Shown here: one piece after another, positions 57,977 through 61,137 of the stretch
Numbering within the stretch: position 1 is the stretch's first letter
How the letters are laid out: every line of letters begins with the position of its first letter
Source: a virus
Taxonomy: Duplodnaviria; Caudoviricetes
Length of the DNA stretch: 61,137 nt
IMG/VR virus record: IMGVR_UViG_3300035183_000546
Coordinates: 1-61,137 of that record
Strand: one strand, 5' to 3'
Translations under genes and position numbers: made by a program
Notes under the pieces: model-generated
Seen by the model: only the letters and a program-made list of their open reading frames with translations
The model's database searches: none
Told to the model about the DNA's origin: nothing

Positions 57977-58024
57977 GCTAAAATTTATTTTCAGGGCTTA
58001 TATACAAGGTTTTTAATTGGTTAT

Positions 58025-58032
58025 TATATTTG
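58025..58032 (+). promoter_or_regulatory. Bacteroidota-type -7 promoter element (TATATTTG)
   Basis: Matches TAnnTTTG, 22 nt before ATG 58055. Confidence 0.55.
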
Positions 58033-58054
58033 TATATAAATTAAAAATAAAAAC

Positions 58055-58594
58055 ATGGCTAAACACAAAAAAGAGTTACACATTAATGACCGAGTAGAAA
58101 AAATCCATTACTACTTATCTAGGATGCGTTATATAGATCTTCAACGCGAATGTATCTTACGGGGCATAGATTTTAACCTCTTGGTATCTAGTGATATAAA
58201 TGGTTTATCTCAATGGTTAGTAAGACATTGGGAAGATCCAGCAGAACCCACTAGGCTCAATAGCTTTGACGATTGGAGAGCTAAGCTTTTAAAAGAGAGA
58301 GGTATAGATGAACCTTTTGTGAAATTGGGTTACGTGGGTAAGAGAGATGAAACTACTGGGGTAATACTAGCGGGTAAGAAACCGAGGTTATTAACCAAAA
58401 TTAGGAAAAAGGCTAAAAGTAGGAATGATGCTTTAGGGGGTATTTTTACGGGCACTAAAAAAGAACTAACTTTTTTATGCGCAAAAGAAGGTAAAGATTT
58501 AGAAAAAACCATCGAAATAGTACTAGAAAAATTCCCAGAAGCTGTAGAAAAAAGTATTCGTATTTGGTACAATAAAGCTAAGAAGCTAAAATGA
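58055..58594 (+). CDS. hypothetical basic protein, possible DNA-binding
   Basis: C-terminal GTKK...KFPEA.EKSIRIWY helical motif. Confidence 0.7.
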   Translation: MAKHKKELHINDRVEKIHYYLSRMRYIDLQRECILRGIDFNLLVSSDINGLSQWLVRHWEDPAEPTRLNSFDDWRAKLLKERGIDEPFVKLGYVGKRDETTGVILAGKKPRLLTKIRKKAKSRNDALGGIFTGTKKELTFLCAKEGKDLEKTIEIVLEKFPEAVEKSIRIWYNKAKKLK

Positions 58595-59283
58595 AATTGA
58601 AAACTAAAGTAAAGGTTAGTGATTATTCTAAGTTTTTTTATCGTTCAGTTAGGAAGCGTAAACATAGCAAGAGGAAAGTTATTATACCTTATTATTACTA
58701 TGTCGTGGATATGACTAATCTACAAAATCCTCGGTTAATATCTTTAGCTTGTGTAGATAAAGTATGGGCTGAACATTATCGATCATCACTACCTAATCCT
58801 TCTAATTATAGTATTATTACAGGCCAAGAAGCTATAGATAAAAAGCTAAAATTTAGAACTATTCCGCTTAAACCCAGCTTAACTTCTTTAGATCTAGTTG
58901 TTTTAAGGACAAGTGCTTTAAAGCGCTTAAAGACTAGGCATATTAATCCTATTAAGAGAAGTATAACTCGGAGTTACAGAACAAAACTTGAACAAGTTAC
59001 TGTTACTTATAAAGGTCAAACCTATTTCTTTTATACTATGCGTAAAAATCCTCAAGAATCATCGAATGAATTTTTACGTAATAAATACCAAAAAGGGAAA
59101 ATACCTGTAAAAATACCCCCCGAAGTAATCAAGCAAACAATTCGGTTGGGTTTTACTAACATTAAACCCAATTGGTTTTTTATAGTTAATGGTAGAGTTA
59201 ATCCAGAACGTATAGCTTATGAACGAAGAATACGAGAACTCAAACCCCAACGTTGTTATCGATACGGTATACAACATCTGTAA
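58591..59283 (+). CDS. hypothetical basic protein
   Basis: ATGA overlap with the previous gene. Confidence 0.65.
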   Translation: MKLKTKVKVSDYSKFFYRSVRKRKHSKRKVIIPYYYYVVDMTNLQNPRLISLACVDKVWAEHYRSSLPNPSNYSIITGQEAIDKKLKFRTIPLKPSLTSLDLVVLRTSALKRLKTRHINPIKRSITRSYRTKLEQVTVTYKGQTYFFYTMRKNPQESSNEFLRNKYQKGKIPVKIPPEVIKQTIRLGFTNIKPNWFFIVNGRVNPERIAYERRIRELKPQRCYRYGIQHL

Positions 59284-59632
59284 GTTATTCCCGGAATTTA
59301 CTTCTAACGGGTTTACTTTAGCTTCTAAGCCCAATTGTTTTTATTTTATATTGGGTAACCTTAAACTACTAAAAGCTAAAAAAGGTGATGACCCAAGATC
59401 TTCTGTAGATTGTCTAGAGCTAAATGCCGAAAACGATAAACTTACTTTAATAAGGGGCTTAAAAATAGCGCTTTCAGAACCTATTAAAGAACTTTACCAT
59501 AAGGATTTTGCTAATAAAGTTTTAGCAAGCCGTAAAAAGCTAGAGCTTAAAAGTAAAGGTAAGGATGTTTGGAGTTTATGGTTAAAAGTGTACGATAAGT
59601 GGGGGTTTACTAAAGATTGCATAGAACTATGA
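59219..59632 (+). CDS. hypothetical protein
   Basis: ORF track; overlaps the previous gene by 65 nt. Confidence 0.55.
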   Translation: MNEEYENSNPNVVIDTVYNICKLFPEFTSNGFTLASKPNCFYFILGNLKLLKAKKGDDPRSSVDCLELNAENDKLTLIRGLKIALSEPIKELYHKDFANKVLASRKKLELKSKGKDVWSLWLKVYDKWGFTKDCIEL

Positions 59633-60168
59633 ATAATGCTTTGTTTACTAAGCGTTTTAATAAAGCTATAGCTAAATACTGGCGTAGCGAGCTTGGATGG
59701 CATTATTTCTGTAAAACAAATACTTCGCGTAAAGCCTACAGGCTACTTCTAGCTTTAAAGTTATATCCTAAACATAAGTTATATGTATTAAATATATATA
59801 GAGCACTAGAGGTAGCTTTGGCTAACCCAGAAAGATTTAAGAATACCCATAAATTAAAGCTAGCTATTAAATTATGGAAAAAACATAAAAAACAATGGTT
59901 AAAACATTTCAATGCAAAGTATGCAAATAAGCCTAAAAAACGCATAAGCGCTAAGAAAGCTTTAGAGGTACAAAAAGCATTGGGTTTTAAGTATACTAGC
60001 CAATTATTAAACTTTAACCCGGATTTACCTTACATACGCTCTAATATACATCGGAATTTGGTATGGCCAAAACAAAGCAAGCAACTACAAAAAATGTATC
60101 AATTACAACCACTAGTGGGGATAGAGGGTTATACGGCGGTGGAAGTACCCAAAAAGTTTCTTCAATAA
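59629..60168 (+). CDS. hypothetical basic protein
   Basis: ATG 59629 overlaps the TGA of the previous ORF. Confidence 0.6.
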   Translation: MNNALFTKRFNKAIAKYWRSELGWHYFCKTNTSRKAYRLLLALKLYPKHKLYVLNIYRALEVALANPERFKNTHKLKLAIKLWKKHKKQWLKHFNAKYANKPKKRISAKKALEVQKALGFKYTSQLLNFNPDLPYIRSNIHRNLVWPKQSKQLQKMYQLQPLVGIEGYTAVEVPKKFLQ

Positions 60169-60398
60169 CCCCATATAAGCCTTTAAGTATACCCCCTCGT
60201 GAAATGTATTTAGTTAGAGCTTTACAATCTACGGGGTCTGGGCCTAATAGTTATAGAGTTAAACAAGGACGTTTATACCTGTGTTACAAAGGTCTAAAAT
60301 GCTTTTATAGGATAACCTCTAAGAATAAGGTGATTTATATACCTGAAAGGTATGCAAAAGTTGTAAAATCTAACATTTATAAAACAGATAAGCCATGA
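60063..60398 (+). CDS. hypothetical protein (start uncertain)
   Basis: Stop coupled to the next ATG; 106-nt overlap at its 5' end. Confidence 0.45.
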   Translation: MAKTKQATTKNVSITTTSGDRGLYGGGSTQKVSSITPYKPLSIPPREMYLVRALQSTGSGPNSYRVKQGRLYLCYKGLKCFYRITSKNKVIYIPERYAKVVKSNIYKTDKP

Positions 60399-60721
60399 AA
60401 AGTATTTGGTTCATTAGTGTAAGCTTACTAGCTATAGTGTTAATGGCTATAAGCATAATTTTTATAGTGCTGTTGATCTTAGTGGATATAGTTATTAAAT
60501 TAGGGCATGTTATACTATTGGGTTTTTCTATGCTCTTACTAAAGGTAAAACATTTAAGATTAATCAGCGGATTATATAATAGCTTAGGCTATATACATAA
60601 GCTATTCGAGCTTTGCGAAAAAAATTTAAATTGGGCCTTAAATAAGTTAGTACGTTTCACGGAATTATGTAAGTATTATGTTGAAAGGGTAAAAAATGAT
60701 ACTAATTTTAACGGGTCCTAA
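60395..60721 (+). CDS. membrane protein
   Basis: About 50-aa hydrophobic N-terminal stretch. Confidence 0.6.
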   Translation: MKSIWFISVSLLAIVLMAISIIFIVLLILVDIVIKLGHVILLGFSMLLLKVKHLRLISGLYNSLGYIHKLFELCEKNLNWALNKLVRFTELCKYYVERVKNDTNFNGS

Positions 60722-60785
60722 CTAGAATGCGTGTATAGAGTAATCTATTAATTCATACTATAAATCACATAAATCACAAAACATT

Positions 60786-61137
60786 ATGCTAAACATTGAA
60801 AGCCTTAAGGGGCAAAAAATCAAGTCCATAAAAGATTTGGGCAACGGTACTTCGTTAGTAACACTAGCTGACGGTACAACTGTATTAATTATTAATGCGT
60901 CTCTACTAGCTGTAGGAAAAGGTAAAAGTAAGAGTAAGCAAGAGGATGAGGATGAGGATGAAGAGGAAGAAGAAGAGGAAGAAGAGGAAGAAGAAGAGGA
61001 AGAAGAGGAAGAAGAGGAAGAAGATGAGGATGAGGATGAAGAGGAAGAAGAGGAAGAAGATGAGGAAGAAGAGGAAGAAGAGGAAGAAGATGAGGATGAG
61101 GATGAAGAGGAAGAAGAGGAAGAAGAGGAAGAAGATG
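60786..61137 (+). CDS. poly-Asp/Glu protein, truncated by the window end (absent from the ORF track)
   Basis: ATG 60786: MLNIESLKGQKIKSIKDLGNGTSLVTLADGTTVLIINASLLAVGKGKSKSKQ followed by only D/E codons. Confidence 0.8.
   Translation, partial: MLNIESLKGQKIKSIKDLGNGTSLVTLADGTTVLIINASLLAVGKGKSKSKQEDEDEDEEEEEEEEEEEEEEEEEEEEEDEDEDEEEEEEEDEEEEEEEEEDEDEDEEEEEEEEEED
60942..61137 (+). repeat. low-complexity GAA/GAG/GAT codon repeat
   Basis: 65 consecutive acidic codons, with higher-order repeats such as GATGAGGATGAGGATGAAGAGGAAGAA. Confidence 0.95.

Larger units (their letters stand above)
1..61137. mobile_element. Tailed dsDNA bacteriophage (myovirus) genome segment, probable Bacteroidota host
   Basis: Terminase, portal, capsid, sheath, tube, tape measure, baseplate and replication genes in phage order; no bacterial housekeeping genes and no integrase in the window. 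Confidence 0.96.

Noticed and set aside
6171-59945. Many short antisense ORFs in the track (e.g. 6171, 8128, 11841, 20002, 23816, 26065, 28076, 54723)
   Set aside because: They lie opposite well-supported genes and have no recognisable motifs; these are shadow ORFs
1-61137. CRISPR array, tRNA/rRNA genes, DGR or retron
   Set aside because: No spaced direct repeats, no cloverleaf-like sequence in the short intergenic gaps and no reverse transcriptase motifs were seen; tRNAscan-SE and Infernal would confirm
1-61137. Stop-codon reassignment (as in some crAss-like or Lak phages)
   Set aside because: Genes are full length under the standard code, and TAA, TAG and TGA all end genes with tight coupling to the next start

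Overview
The whole window is part of an AT-rich tailed dsDNA phage genome (myovirus with a contractile tail). The host is probably a Bacteroidota bacterium, based on A/T-rich translation starts without Shine-Dalgarno motifs, TAnnTTTG promoter elements and Ala|Gln signal-peptide cleavage sites. From left to right the window holds: small hypothetical genes; a divergent C5 DNA methyltransferase; an amidase endolysin; a terminase large subunit carrying an HNH-type intein; head, neck, sheath/tube, tape-measure, baseplate and fibre genes (about 5.6-37.3 kb); a lone minus-strand sigma-like gene; a replication/recombination/nucleotide-metabolism block (DnaB-like helicase, primase, SF2 helicase, MazG/dUTPase-like, thymidylate-synthase-like, dCMP deaminase, family A polymerase, CYTH, P-loop kinase, UvsY/SSB/RecA, 5'-3' exonuclease, DUF1643, SbcCD, resolvase); a phage-encoded NusG paralog; and a truncated poly-Asp/Glu protein at the right edge. 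The most interesting signals are: (1) a candidate non-canonical-base pathway built around a degenerate thymidylate synthase; (2) a cassette of signal-peptide-bearing fibre-like and carbohydrate-binding proteins inside the virion operon; (3) a NusG/sigma transcription-control set with strong internal hairpins and shared upstream motifs; (4) one ~100-aa domain inserted in both the capsid decoration protein and the tail sheath; (5) strong AGCT enrichment. All functional calls come from motif recognition and gene order by eye; no database searches were run.
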